NCBI GenBank assembly: GCA_038533095.1
Contig: JBCAZI010000004.1
Span: forward strand, 3,028-67,027
Length of the DNA stretch: 64,000 bases
Source: Pseudomonadota bacterium
GTDB taxonomy: Bacteria; Pseudomonadota; Alphaproteobacteria; Rhodobacterales; Rhodobacteraceae
Reading direction: 5' to 3'
In this document: one piece after another, positions 48,351 to 57,593 of the stretch
Layout of the letters: every line of letters starts with the position of its first letter
How positions within the stretch are numbered: position 1 is the stretch's first letter
The notes under the pieces: model-generated
Seen by the model: the letters and a program-made list of their open reading frames with translations, nothing else
Told to the model about the DNA's origin: nothing
The model's database searches: none
Translations under genes and position numbers: made by a program

Positions 48351-48437
48351 CCCCAATTTCATAGTGTTTTGCCGCAGTTTGTGGTAGAATAATTCGAGCA
48401 TTTAGAGGGGGCAAACCCCCAGAAAGCAGGCAGAAAA

Positions 48438-50195
48438 ATGGAACTTCTTGAAGCCCAAACACAGCCCGAAAGACTTCAGTATTCAGAGAGTGATCTGAAA
48501 GCGGCAGCGATCAGAGCTCAAAATGCTGGAGACATCGCGGCAGCACGTCGGTTGGTAGAGGCCGCACGCAATGCGGCGAGCCAACAGAGCCCGACAGTTG
48601 GGCAACCAGCGATGTCGCCTTTGCCGAACAGCAGTCCACTAGCCGGTGACAACCCAACGCCTGTCAGTAGCACCGCTTCTTTGCCTTCTCTGACGCCAGG
48701 GGTCCAAGCCAACGGCCAAGGTGCAGCTATGAACATCGGTGCAAGGGGCCGTCGCGCCAATCGTGCCGACACACCAGCGGCAAGTCATCCCGGTATTTTT
48801 CAAACACTGCGCGACAACATCATTGGCGATGATGACGATACCACGATGAACTTCGGCGAAAGACTAGGTGCAGCCCTCAACAAAGGCGGCGAAAGCATGA
48901 CCATGGGCCTTGTCGGTGACGAGATGGCGGGGCGCGCCGACGCACTGATCGGGCGCGGCACGGCAGAAGACCGGACCCAGTTCTATCGTGATCAAGAGAA
49001 CCAGCTAGACGAACAGCACCCGGTACTTTCGACAACAGCCGCGATTACCGGTGCGATCATTGGTCCAGCCAAAGGTGCGACCGGGTTTGTGAACGCGGGA
49101 CGCAACGCCGGCACCAGAGTTGGCCGAGGCGCAATGGTTGGTGCCGGAGCCGGAGCAACCTATGGCGCGATGGAGGGCGAAACCGCTGAAGAGCGCCTTA
49201 CAGGTGGCCTTGTAGGCGGAACGATGGGCGCTGTGACAGGTGGTGCGCTCACTGGCGCAGGCCAGGGGTTCAGCGCTGCTGCTCAACGCCTCACTGGCAA
49301 GCCACAGGCGCAAGAGGTATTGCCAACGCTACAAAGCCTCACTGATGAAGCTCGGGGCCTCTATGCAGCCGCTGAGCGCGCTGGTGGGGTAGTTTCCCAG
49401 CAATCAATTGCAGGGCTCACGAAGAATACGCAAAGCGCTTTACGTGAGGCAGGATATAACCCTCGCCTGCATCCTCGGATGGGCGCGGTTTTAGATGAAA
49501 TGCAGGAGCTAAGTACCGGCCCAGCTTCTTTGCGCGCTATGGACCAACTCCGACGGGTCGCAGGCAACGCAGCTGAATCGCTGCAACGTGATGAGCGCCG
49601 ATTGGGAAGACTTGTGATCGGACGTATCGATGAAGCAGTTGAACAAATGGACGGTGGGGCAGAGGTCGCTGCCGCGCGGGAAGTGTGGGGTCGCTTGCAG
49701 CGGATGGCTACAATCGAAGGCGTCATTGAGAAGGCCAGTAACTCGCCAAACTTCGAAACGACCCTGGCGACTGGTTTCAGGTCCCTATTGAACCGCAAAG
49801 GTGCTTTGCGTGGTTTTAGGGACGAAGAGATACGGACTATGCGCCAGATAGCGAGTGGTGGGGGTGGAGCAGGTACGCTCAGAGCGCTAGGCAACATCTT
49901 GGCCCCTGATCGCTTCTCCGGCCAAATGTTGACGGGTGGGGCGCTTTTGGGTGGCGGTGGCATAGGGGCCTTGGCTATTCCGGCAGCGGGCGCGACGATG
50001 CGTGGAGCAGGTAACCGGCTTCAGCGGCGATCAGCAGATGGATTGCGGAACTCAGTGGGTCAGAGTGACGCCAGCCGCGCCTTGATGGACGCAATTGTTG
50101 CTCCTCCAAATCCGTTTGCAGGCGCGAGTGGTGCAGTACCGGTAGTCGGGCCCGCAACAACAGAGAACCTGATGCGTGCAATCAAAGGCCGGTAG
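48438..50195 (+). CDS. Large Ala/Gly-rich hypothetical protein (585 aa) with glycine-zipper-like hydrophobic segments
   Basis: Longest ORF of the element. Contains the segments TTAAITGAIIGPAKGATGF, GAMVGAGAGATYGAM, GGLVGGTMGAVTGGALTGAG and GGALLGGGGIGALAIPAAGA. No catalytic motif recognised. Confidence 0.6.
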   Translation: MELLEAQTQPERLQYSESDLKAAAIRAQNAGDIAAARRLVEAARNAASQQSPTVGQPAMSPLPNSSPLAGDNPTPVSSTASLPSLTPGVQANGQGAAMNIGARGRRANRADTPAASHPGIFQTLRDNIIGDDDDTTMNFGERLGAALNKGGESMTMGLVGDEMAGRADALIGRGTAEDRTQFYRDQENQLDEQHPVLSTTAAITGAIIGPAKGATGFVNAGRNAGTRVGRGAMVGAGAGATYGAMEGETAEERLTGGLVGGTMGAVTGGALTGAGQGFSAAAQRLTGKPQAQEVLPTLQSLTDEARGLYAAAERAGGVVSQQSIAGLTKNTQSALREAGYNPRLHPRMGAVLDEMQELSTGPASLRAMDQLRRVAGNAAESLQRDERRLGRLVIGRIDEAVEQMDGGAEVAAAREVWGRLQRMATIEGVIEKASNSPNFETTLATGFRSLLNRKGALRGFRDEEIRTMRQIASGGGGAGTLRALGNILAPDRFSGQMLTGGALLGGGGIGALAIPAAGATMRGAGNRLQRRSADGLRNSVGQSDASRALMDAIVAPPNPFAGASGAVPVVGPATTENLMRAIKGR

Positions 50196-50321
50196 TCCGG
50201 CAACAGCAGGCATTCGCGCCGTCTAGCAGCGGGAAGCAAATAAATTAAACTGTCAGATGTTCGCTTCGAGCCCAGTGACACCGATGCTGGATTTTGCGCG
50301 AACGTATTGTTTTCTGTGTTA

Positions 50322-50355
50322 GCTGCCCGCACGGAGCGGCGGGCAGCATTCTTTT
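50322..50355 (+). terminator. Rho-independent terminator after the 585-aa gene
   Basis: Stem GCTGCCCGC (50322..50330) / GCGGGCAGC (50339..50347), an 8-nt loop, then ATTCTTTT. Confidence 0.75.
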
Positions 50356-51364
50356 AGAGGCCCAGTTCTTCCGCAATCATACTAATAATGCTAGCGTGAA
50401 TCGCTTCGCGATTTGATCCTTCGGGGTCAGTGCAAACCGGATCATCGTCTTCTTCCGCCAAGATAGCTTCGCCAGCTTCAGTGCAGACCGGCATGGCACT
50501 GAAGTGGTAGGCAGGATCAAACCGCTCAATTTTCCGATCACCGAGCAAGGCAGAAAGCCCACTGCGATCAAAATCGGTGGCAAGCATCCGGTCACCGTCA
50601 CCGCCAAAGCCGATGACAAGTGTTTTAGGGACAAGGTTAGTGATGTCGTAATCCTCCAACCCCCAGACAAAGCCCGGGTCAATCGCGGCAATATGGGTGA
50701 CGCGACTATCGCGATAGCTGGCGTTCCAGACCTTTGGATCGAGCCCCTGCATATTCACCTCCTCTGACAATAGAAGCCCGCAGGCCTCCATGTCCGTATA
50801 GGTCATGCAAGCATCAACGATCCCGGCATGGTTGCCAGTCGCCCCTCCAAGCGACAAAGCCGTCCAGCCGCCATATGAAAACCCCGCAGCCATAACGCGG
50901 GACATATCAAGGCTGCCCGAAAAGCCGGGCATATCAACGAGCGCGTCCAGAGCAGCGCTCATGTCCTGGGCGCGGGTCCAATGGGCAACGCCTTTGGACA
51001 TATCGAAATCTCCCCAGGTGGAGTTGGCATGGTTGACGGACACGGTGATCACGCCGCGTTGCGCTAAGGCGGAGGCGAGCCAAGCCTGTGCGCGATCCGT
51101 TCCGCCCATCCCGTGGCTGAACAGGACTACAGGATGCCGGCCGAGCGTTAGAGGCGCGTCCAGATGAGCCTCAACACCCTCGAACACCGGATTGTTCGCG
51201 TATAGCGTCGGTGGCTGTTCGGAGGTGCTGGGATACCAGACCGCTACGCGGCTCGCGGCTCCGTGGTGCGGCATGAACACCTCGTTGATTTTCAGCCCCG
51301 CCACATCGGCGTGTGCATAAGAGACGCAACAGGCAAGGGCAGCAGATGACAGGATCGTTTTCAT
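50354..51364 (-). CDS. Secreted alpha/beta hydrolase (dienelactone hydrolase / PAF-acetylhydrolase-like)
   Basis: Signal peptide MKTILSSAALACCVSYAHA, nucleophile elbow GFSYGG, and VLFSHGMGG. Confidence 0.7.
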   Translation of the reverse strand: MKTILSSAALACCVSYAHADVAGLKINEVFMPHHGAASRVAVWYPSTSEQPPTLYANNPVFEGVEAHLDAPLTLGRHPVVLFSHGMGGTDRAQAWLASALAQRGVITVSVNHANSTWGDFDMSKGVAHWTRAQDMSAALDALVDMPGFSGSLDMSRVMAAGFSYGGWTALSLGGATGNHAGIVDACMTYTDMEACGLLLSEEVNMQGLDPKVWNASYRDSRVTHIAAIDPGFVWGLEDYDITNLVPKTLVIGFGGDGDRMLATDFDRSGLSALLGDRKIERFDPAYHFSAMPVCTEAGEAILAEEDDDPVCTDPEGSNREAIHASIISMIAEELGL

Positions 51365-51500
51365 TTCTTTCTCCGTTGATCATAGAGTTGATGCCCCCTC
51401 ACTACCTGCAAGGTCCGATATCGGCGTCCTAAATCCGGTTTTAGGTCGTCATGATCTGGTTCTAGGACTATCCAAGGCTGAAATTCTAAGGAGCAACGAC

Positions 51501-52472
51501 GTGCTAACCTTTCCAATTCCAGTGTTCGTGGCCTTCGTGCTTGGCTTTGCCGGTCTTCGGCTGTGGTGGCTGAGGGGACATGCCAGCCCCATCATCTTGC
51601 TGCTTATGTTATGTGCCGCTCAGTCATTGATCATTGCGCTCAGCCAACACTATGGCGTAGCCAGCATGCGCATCGTTCAACCACTCGTGGCTTCGTTGAT
51701 CCCTCCGGCAGCTTGGATTGCTTATCGAAACCACGTGTCTCGTGCCGACAGCCTGCACGGGCTTGGACCGTTGACCGCAATTGCGGCTCTTCTTGTTGCC
51801 CCCCAGTTTCTGGATGTGCTGCTGCCGGGTCTTTTCGTGGTTTACGGCATATTGATTGTGACATCTGCGAAAGACGGTGCCGATACGCAACCTGATGCGC
51901 TTTTGGCCAGCGGTGACTTGCCCGCACAGATTTGGCTTGTCATCGGAGCGGCCCTGATCGCTTCAGCACTCAGCGATATCCTGATCGTCGCATCGCAAAT
52001 GGCGGGCTATACCGAACTGCGGCCATGGATCATCAGCATCTTTTCGGTGGGCAACCTCCTGATCATCGGGGCGCTCAGTTTTTCCCCACACTTGCAAACT
52101 GTCGCCGATGGCCAGCTCGGCGAAACACCCACGGTAAAGATTGCCGACACCGAAATCTGGGACCGCATTCAAACCTTCATGGAAGAACAAAGGCCCTATC
52201 TCGACCCTGACCTGACATTGGCCCGGTTGTCGCGCAAAATGGGCGTGCCATCGAAATCACTGTCGGAGACGATCAACTTGACAACAGGAGAGAATGTGTC
52301 CCGCTTTATCAACAAAGCGCGGATCACAGCGGCTCAAGAGGCCATGTTGAAAGGTGAAACCGTCACCAACGCCATGCTGCTGTCCGGTTTCAACACCAAA
52401 TCAAATTTCAACCGCGAGTTTCTTCGTGTCGTCGGAAGCCCCCCACGTGCTTGGTTGGCCGAACACACATAA
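51501..52472 (+). CDS. AraC-family transcriptional regulator with N-terminal multi-TM domain
   Basis: About 6 hydrophobic helices in the first 200 aa. C-terminal AraC HTH: LARLSRKMGVPSKSLSETIN...LLSGFNTKSNFNREFLRVVGSPP. Confidence 0.8.
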   Translation: MLTFPIPVFVAFVLGFAGLRLWWLRGHASPIILLLMLCAAQSLIIALSQHYGVASMRIVQPLVASLIPPAAWIAYRNHVSRADSLHGLGPLTAIAALLVAPQFLDVLLPGLFVVYGILIVTSAKDGADTQPDALLASGDLPAQIWLVIGAALIASALSDILIVASQMAGYTELRPWIISIFSVGNLLIIGALSFSPHLQTVADGQLGETPTVKIADTEIWDRIQTFMEEQRPYLDPDLTLARLSRKMGVPSKSLSETINLTTGENVSRFINKARITAAQEAMLKGETVTNAMLLSGFNTKSNFNREFLRVVGSPPRAWLAEHT

Positions 52473-52687
52473 CGCCCTCGGACCGAGGTGATTGGGGCAA
52501 TGGACAGCGAACGGTTTGTTGATGTTAGTATTCCCAAATGCAGTCTTTGAGTGGTCGCTGTTGAATGAAAGTTTGGTCCTGCCCCGCAGTCATCCGAGGT
52601 CCAACAATCCGTAACTAACCGACTGAAAGCATCAAACTTCTGCTCGCTTGCACTTTGCTCAAGGCTCAGCAATTAGTAAGGTAGGGC

Positions 52688-53608
52688 ATGAACAATGACC
52701 TTCCTTCCTTCGACGCTGCCACACTTAATTCTCCGACGTCAGCAGACCTGTCTCGCATGGCTAACTGCGCGCAAGGCATAGGCTTTCTGACGGTCTACAA
52801 CACAGTCCTAACGCCTGCCCGTGTTCGTTTCGCACTTTCGGCCTATCAGGCTTTCTTCGAACTTCCAGATGTTGAGAAACAGAAGGTCAATATGGCCGTG
52901 ACGGATGCCAATCGTGGCTGGGGCGCAGCCGGTTCTGAGCAAGTAGACCCTGCAGCCAACCCTGACTACAAACAGGTCTATGATTGTGGCTTCGAGCTGC
53001 CTGCCAACAACCCGCTGTCCAAAATGCGCGCCTATGGCCCAAACTTATGGCCCGATGCTCCTGCTGGTTTCCAAGAAGTCATCCAGGCCTATTATCAGGA
53101 CGCACTTGCTGTAGCGCGACTCATTCTACGGGTACTTGCGCAAGCTATCGGTGCTGAGCCAGACTACTTCGAGGACAAGTTTACCAGACCCATGGCTTTG
53201 CTCAGGGGAAATTACTATCCTCCTCGGCCTGATTGGGCGGGTGAGAAAGACTGGGGGATTGCGACACACACCGACTACGGATGCCTCACACTTCTGGCCA
53301 CCGATGGTGTTCCAGGGCTTGAAGTCAGGTTGCGTGGCGGTGACTGGCTGCCAGTCACAGCTGAACCCGGAACTTTCATAATCAATTTCGGCGAAATGAT
53401 TGAGATGTGGACCGAGGGAAGAGTAAAGGCGACACCGCACCGAGTGCGCGGAACGGAGCAGGAACGACTATCAATGCCACTCTTTTTCAACCCCAATCAT
53501 GACACTGATGTCGCTCCTCCTGGAGCAATAAAGCCAATCAGGGCCATTGATCACTTGCAGGCGCGATTTGATGAAACTTACACCCATCTCCAGAAAGTCG
53601 CTGGCTGA
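52688..53608 (+). CDS. 2-oxoglutarate/Fe(II)-dependent oxygenase (isopenicillin N synthase-like family)
   Basis: HTDYGCLTLL (HxD), ATPHRV (distal His), and LSMPLFFNP. Confidence 0.8.
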   Translation: MNNDLPSFDAATLNSPTSADLSRMANCAQGIGFLTVYNTVLTPARVRFALSAYQAFFELPDVEKQKVNMAVTDANRGWGAAGSEQVDPAANPDYKQVYDCGFELPANNPLSKMRAYGPNLWPDAPAGFQEVIQAYYQDALAVARLILRVLAQAIGAEPDYFEDKFTRPMALLRGNYYPPRPDWAGEKDWGIATHTDYGCLTLLATDGVPGLEVRLRGGDWLPVTAEPGTFIINFGEMIEMWTEGRVKATPHRVRGTEQERLSMPLFFNPNHDTDVAPPGAIKPIRAIDHLQARFDETYTHLQKVAG

Positions 53609-53846
53609 GTTTCAGTGCTTTGCCGACTTTGAGGCAATGGGGACAAGAAAAGTACAAGACGTAACTGTTTTGGTGTGTGCTCTTTCCGATCCAAGTTGCT
53701 AAGGATACTGCGGGCGAATGTGATAGCAACCTTGAGTGACTACATCGATTGTCGTTGCTCGTTCATGCCTCAGGAAGCCTATGGCCGCTCTGAGGCGAGA
53801 TTGATTTCGATCATAACAATTCAGCCTAGAGGTACCTATATGATGG

Positions 53847-54146
53847 GTGTGGGCAGATAGGTTCGAGATGAAAGACACATACGATGCAGAGTACGCAGAC
53901 GCTTTCCAGCTGTATGAGGTGGCGATTGATGCCGGCTGGCGATCAGTCAGATCAATACCTCTTGCTGGGCAGGGTCCGTTTGAAGCGCTTACAATTCGTG
54001 GCTTGATCAGGATAGTGAAGACACGTAGCCCGGTTCTTCGGATCAGGCGCGCTGATGGCTATGGCCCTGAAAGGGTGACCGTAAAAGCAATCACGTCTGG
54101 CAACTACTTAGCGGCCATTGCGTGGCGACCTCTTCAGGGTGCGTAG
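53847..54146 (+). CDS. Hypothetical protein (99 aa; alternative start 53868)
   Basis: Track ORF flanked by AT-rich spacers. No motif recognised. Confidence 0.35.
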   Translation: MWADRFEMKDTYDAEYADAFQLYEVAIDAGWRSVRSIPLAGQGPFEALTIRGLIRIVKTRSPVLRIRRADGYGPERVTVKAITSGNYLAAIAWRPLQGA

Positions 54147-54522
54147 GCCATGACTTAGTATGCTATCTACGTTTACGTAGCTTGGTCATAAAATACATCA
54201 GTACGCTATAAATACAGGCTCCGGCGGGATCGGTGTAAGCGCCATGAACAAATAAAAAACAAAAGGCAGTTTGAGGTTCATCGCATTTCCCCTTTTTAAT
54301 GCCATCTGGTTAACGGCACTCAACTCCCTGTCTAGAAGTCAGCGTGCAATGCGCCGACACAGACCCATGAATCTGAAAAGGTATACCGCAAATCCACCGT
54401 GAGGCATGCTCAAACCAAGGTCCGCTCTGGGCTGGCACTGGTCAACCAGCCAAATCTGTCAGATATCAGCTTCGAGCCCATCTTTCTTCATGCTGCACGC
54501 ACCACGAACGTCGGCTCAGGCT

Positions 54523-54915
54523 TCACTCGTTGGATGCGTAGCACACAGCTTGGAGCTTGTTCCCATCCGGATCACGGACGTAAGCAGCATAGTAGTTCTC
54601 GCCGTAATGCGGGCGTGGTCCTGGCGCGCCTTCGGTGCTGCCGCCCAAACGCAGCGCAGCTTCATGGAAGTCCCTTACGCTTTGCTTTGTATCTGCGACA
54701 AAAGCCACATGTGTGCCATTTCCCCAAGTTGCAGGGCGGCCATCTTCAGGTGTGTAGATATAAACTGTTGGCATGCCGCCTTTCTCGTATGCAGGTGGCT
54801 TGCCCGGCGGCTTCGGTAGTCGACTAAAGCCGAGCACGCCGAGAACCTCATCGTAAAAGCGACCGGATCGTTCTGGGTCATTTGTTCCAAATGTGATGTG
54901 GCTAATGACTGACAT
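54523..54915 (-). CDS. VOC (glyoxalase/bleomycin-resistance fold) family protein
   Basis: MSVISHITFGTNDPERSGRFYDEVLGVLGF ... HVAFVA ... YAAYVRDPDGNKLQAV. Confidence 0.8.
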   Translation of the reverse strand: MSVISHITFGTNDPERSGRFYDEVLGVLGFSRLPKPPGKPPAYEKGGMPTVYIYTPEDGRPATWGNGTHVAFVADTKQSVRDFHEAALRLGGSTEGAPGPRPHYGENYYAAYVRDPDGNKLQAVCYASNE

Positions 54916-55080
54916 GCAAAATACTCTCCTTGCTTGAGTAGAGAATAAAACAAGAACATTTGCCTTGCAATCTCTGGGTTGAAGGTCAGCGATGTTTTCC
55001 CCGAACCCGCCATTCGCGCGTCCTCAGCGAAAGCTCACTTCGTCCCGCTCAGCGGTCATTGGCACCTTTCTTGTAACTCT

Positions 55081-55338
55081 TCATTGATCAAAAAACTGCA
55101 TTACAAATCCTGCTAGCAAAAGAGCAGGCCCAAGATTTGCCAGCACGTTCGCTGTACTGCGACTGAAGGTTTGACGCCATGCCAACCACCGGTTCCAAAC
55201 CGAAGGTTTGAAGTCGGGGTCTGGCAAAGGAGGAAGGCTGGCAAAGCTTTCTAAATTTGGCCGCGTTGCATATTCTAACCAAAGGATTGCTACGCCGAAT
55301 GCGTCTACTAACAACCCCCATTGGGTCAATGTCATCAT
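55081..55338 (-). CDS. Small 2-TM membrane protein (about 85 aa)
   Basis: MMTLTQWGLLVDAFGVAILWLEY ... LGPALLLAGFVMQFF. The maximal ORF reaches 55383. Confidence 0.45.
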   Translation of the reverse strand: MMTLTQWGLLVDAFGVAILWLEYATRPNLESFASLPPLPDPDFKPSVWNRWLAWRQTFSRSTANVLANLGPALLLAGFVMQFFDQ

Positions 55339-55463
55339 TCGTCGGCACCTTTGTTGGAAGCTGTTTGAGACAGCCTGACACAATTGAGACTAGAGGTCCA
55401 ACGTCGGCTTCGAGCCCACTTTTCCGGATGCTGCGCCGCGCGCAAATGGCCGCTTCTTGGAGA

Positions 55464-55967
55464 TCATCGCCGATAGATAGGGATATTGGTTCGTCCTGAC
55501 GATATCATGAATACAATGAATGCGACCGCCAACATTAGAGCCGCGCCGAAGAGATAAATTATGAAGTACCATTCACCGCCGGGAAGCAGCACCGCGACAT
55601 TTGGATCGTCAACATCATAGTAAACGATGATTTTACTCCCGCCTGTTCTTGTTGCGAGTTCTTTGATCGCCTGATCGCGCGTACTTTCTACTGTTCCATC
55701 AACACGGAAGTTTGGCGTGGGTCCGAACACGATGCGATCATGAGTATAGTTGGTTTCTGCAACAGTGTATCGATACTGCACAAAGGCTGTCCGGCCGTAC
55801 GTTTGGCCAGACCCGCCGGTCTCAAACCCCGCTGAGACAATCGTCCCGGTTACAGAGGGCCACGACTTACTTTCGATTGACAGCAACATTTGGCCAAATC
55901 CAATCCAACTCAACCAAAAGGCTCCAAAGAACAGTCCAATTACAATCAAGCGTGAGAAAAAACGCAA
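55464..55967 (-). CDS. DUF3592-domain membrane protein
   Basis: N-terminal TM, SWPSVTGTIVS...VQYRYTV....Y beta-rich core, then a C-terminal TM. This is the typical DUF3592 layout. Confidence 0.65.
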   Translation of the reverse strand: MRFFSRLIVIGLFFGAFWLSWIGFGQMLLSIESKSWPSVTGTIVSAGFETGGSGQTYGRTAFVQYRYTVAETNYTHDRIVFGPTPNFRVDGTVESTRDQAIKELATRTGGSKIIVYYDVDDPNVAVLLPGGEWYFIIYLFGAALMLAVAFIVFMISSGRTNIPIYRR

Positions 55968-56483
55968 ACTGGAACTTCCTTTCTTTCTTTCAATTGAACC
56001 AAGAACTCATGTTATCGCTGCATTGTCAAATGTGGTTTGACTGTCTTGGAAAACAGTACGAAGCCGACATTAGCGATGGCACTGAGAAGGTACGCTTCGT
56101 CCGCTAAGCAGCCGTAGCCTAAGCGCACTGCTCACATCTGTTTCTTGGCCTTCAAACTCTTGAAACGTTCAATGCGGTCGCTCGTCAAGATCATAGCATC
56201 GGGGTCAACCCGGAGCAGGATGCAAAAGGGACGTGGGTTCATCAGATTCATAATTGGTCAATCTCGGATTTGATGCATGGGGCTGTTCGCTTGGGGTGAA
56301 CAAGCCCTTCAACCGAATACAGAGAAAGCCGAGGTTTGATTCTGCATTTTATGATTGCATAGCGCACGGTACTTCGCGCTAAGATAGTAGAATGATGTTT
56401 CTGCTTTCTTCACATTATTCCACCACCGGTTCGAGAAGGCTCACCTGCGCGCTTCTCCCGTTAAAATGGTTCATATTTGAATA

Positions 56484-57548
56484 ATGCCTGAAATTGCCAA
56501 CTTCAAAGCGCTCCCGATTTCTGCATTTAGCGATCCACCTGGTGGCGGGAACGATCCCTTTATCCTCGCGTCTGATGACCCCGCTCAATTGTTGACAGTT
56601 TCTATTGATGACGATGATGCGACGATTGAGGGCGATACCATCACCAATGAAACGCCGAACGATGCAAATCAGATTGCGACCGTTACAGACGCTTCCGGTA
56701 CGTTGGTTTCGACGGATGCCTGCTATGTAGAATGGACAGCAACATACACTGGCACGAATGGCCAAGTGATCGAAGTCTGGCGTATAGAGTTGGACAACGG
56801 TCTTAGGCTCTTTGCGGTCTCCGAGATTCCCGAGGTTGGCGTTACTTTCACAACAAGTAACAAAGATCAGGGTGCTGACGGTCTTGATCCGGCTGACATA
56901 CCGGACACGCCATGCTTCACATACGGAGTCTTGATCGCTACGACAGACGGACCCCGTCCAATTGAGACTCTCAGAGTCGGTGACCGCGTCGCGCTGGAAG
57001 ACGGAACTGAGTCAGTTATTCGTTGGATTGGTCGGCGAAAATACTCGCTTGAAGAAATCACGGCGAAACCCAAGCTTCGGCCTGTTCGTATCGTCCAAGG
57101 CGCACTTGGAAGTGGCCTGCCGAAACGTGACATGCTCATTTCTCGGCAACATCGTATGCTGATCCAATCTAAGATTGCCGAACGCATGTTTGGCGAACCA
57201 GAGGTATTGGTATCAGCAATAAGACTGACCACATTGCCAGGTGTTTTCATTGATGAAAGCGTGAAAGAAGTTGAGTACTTTCATCTACTTTTTGATCGCC
57301 ATGAGATTATTTTTGCCGAAGGAGCCCCATCAGAGAGCCTATTTACAGGTCCTGAGGCTCTAAAGGCGCTTGGTCGCGAAGCCAGAGAAGAAATCCAAGA
57401 GCTGTTTCCTGAAATTTCAAGTATGAATTACGAGCCTGTCCCCGCCCGTTGTATTCCGACCGCTAAGCGGCAGAAACAGCTTGTACTTCGTCATCAGAAA
57501 AATAACCGGCCATGTGTGGGTTCGCCTGATACGAAAGCGTACAGATAG
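56484..57548 (+). CDS. Hint-domain-containing protein
   Basis: CFTYGVLIATTDGPRPIETLRVGDRVALEDGTESVIRWIGRRK ... HRMLI ... FHLLFDRHEIIFAEGAPSES is the Hint module common in Rhodobacteraceae. The N-terminal region is Asp-rich (SIDDDDATIEGDTITNE). Confidence 0.8.
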   Translation: MPEIANFKALPISAFSDPPGGGNDPFILASDDPAQLLTVSIDDDDATIEGDTITNETPNDANQIATVTDASGTLVSTDACYVEWTATYTGTNGQVIEVWRIELDNGLRLFAVSEIPEVGVTFTTSNKDQGADGLDPADIPDTPCFTYGVLIATTDGPRPIETLRVGDRVALEDGTESVIRWIGRRKYSLEEITAKPKLRPVRIVQGALGSGLPKRDMLISRQHRMLIQSKIAERMFGEPEVLVSAIRLTTLPGVFIDESVKEVEYFHLLFDRHEIIFAEGAPSESLFTGPEALKALGREAREEIQELFPEISSMNYEPVPARCIPTAKRQKQLVLRHQKNNRPCVGSPDTKAYR

Positions 57549-57593
57549 CCGGCGGCCAACTGCCATTTAGACGAAACGATTTAGTCCAAAGTA

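Larger units (their letters stand above)
41792..50355 (+). mobile_element. Integrated element, minimum extent: int, alpA, Prim-Pol, RepA-like ATPase, iterons, DUF5681, small ORFs, 585-aa protein. The right boundary is not established and the island may continue past 64000.
   Basis: tRNA-fragment att scar plus a tyrosine integrase at the left edge, a replication module with iterons, and a strong terminator at 50322..50355. No second att copy was found by eye. Confidence 0.55.

Noticed and set aside
50255-50310. Possible right-hand att copy. CCCAGTGACACCGAT...GGATTTTGCG loosely resembles AGTCAATGACACCCAATTTTCG next to the tRNA fragment.
   Set aside because: Only a 7-mer (TGACACC) and a T-run are shared. 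The tRNA-derived core (TTCGAACC...CCA) is absent, so the match is compatible with chance.
53538-53860. Short ORFs 53538..53729 (-) and 53675..53860 (+) after the 2OG oxygenase gene.
   Set aside because: They overlap each other, lie in an AT-rich spacer, and have Cys/His-rich odd composition with no RBS or motif support.
54399-55013. ORFs 54399..54827 (+), 54406..54819 (+) and 54675..55013 (-) overlapping the VOC gene.
   Set aside because: The VOC-family reading (54523..54915, minus strand) has clear fold motifs. The others are shadow frames.
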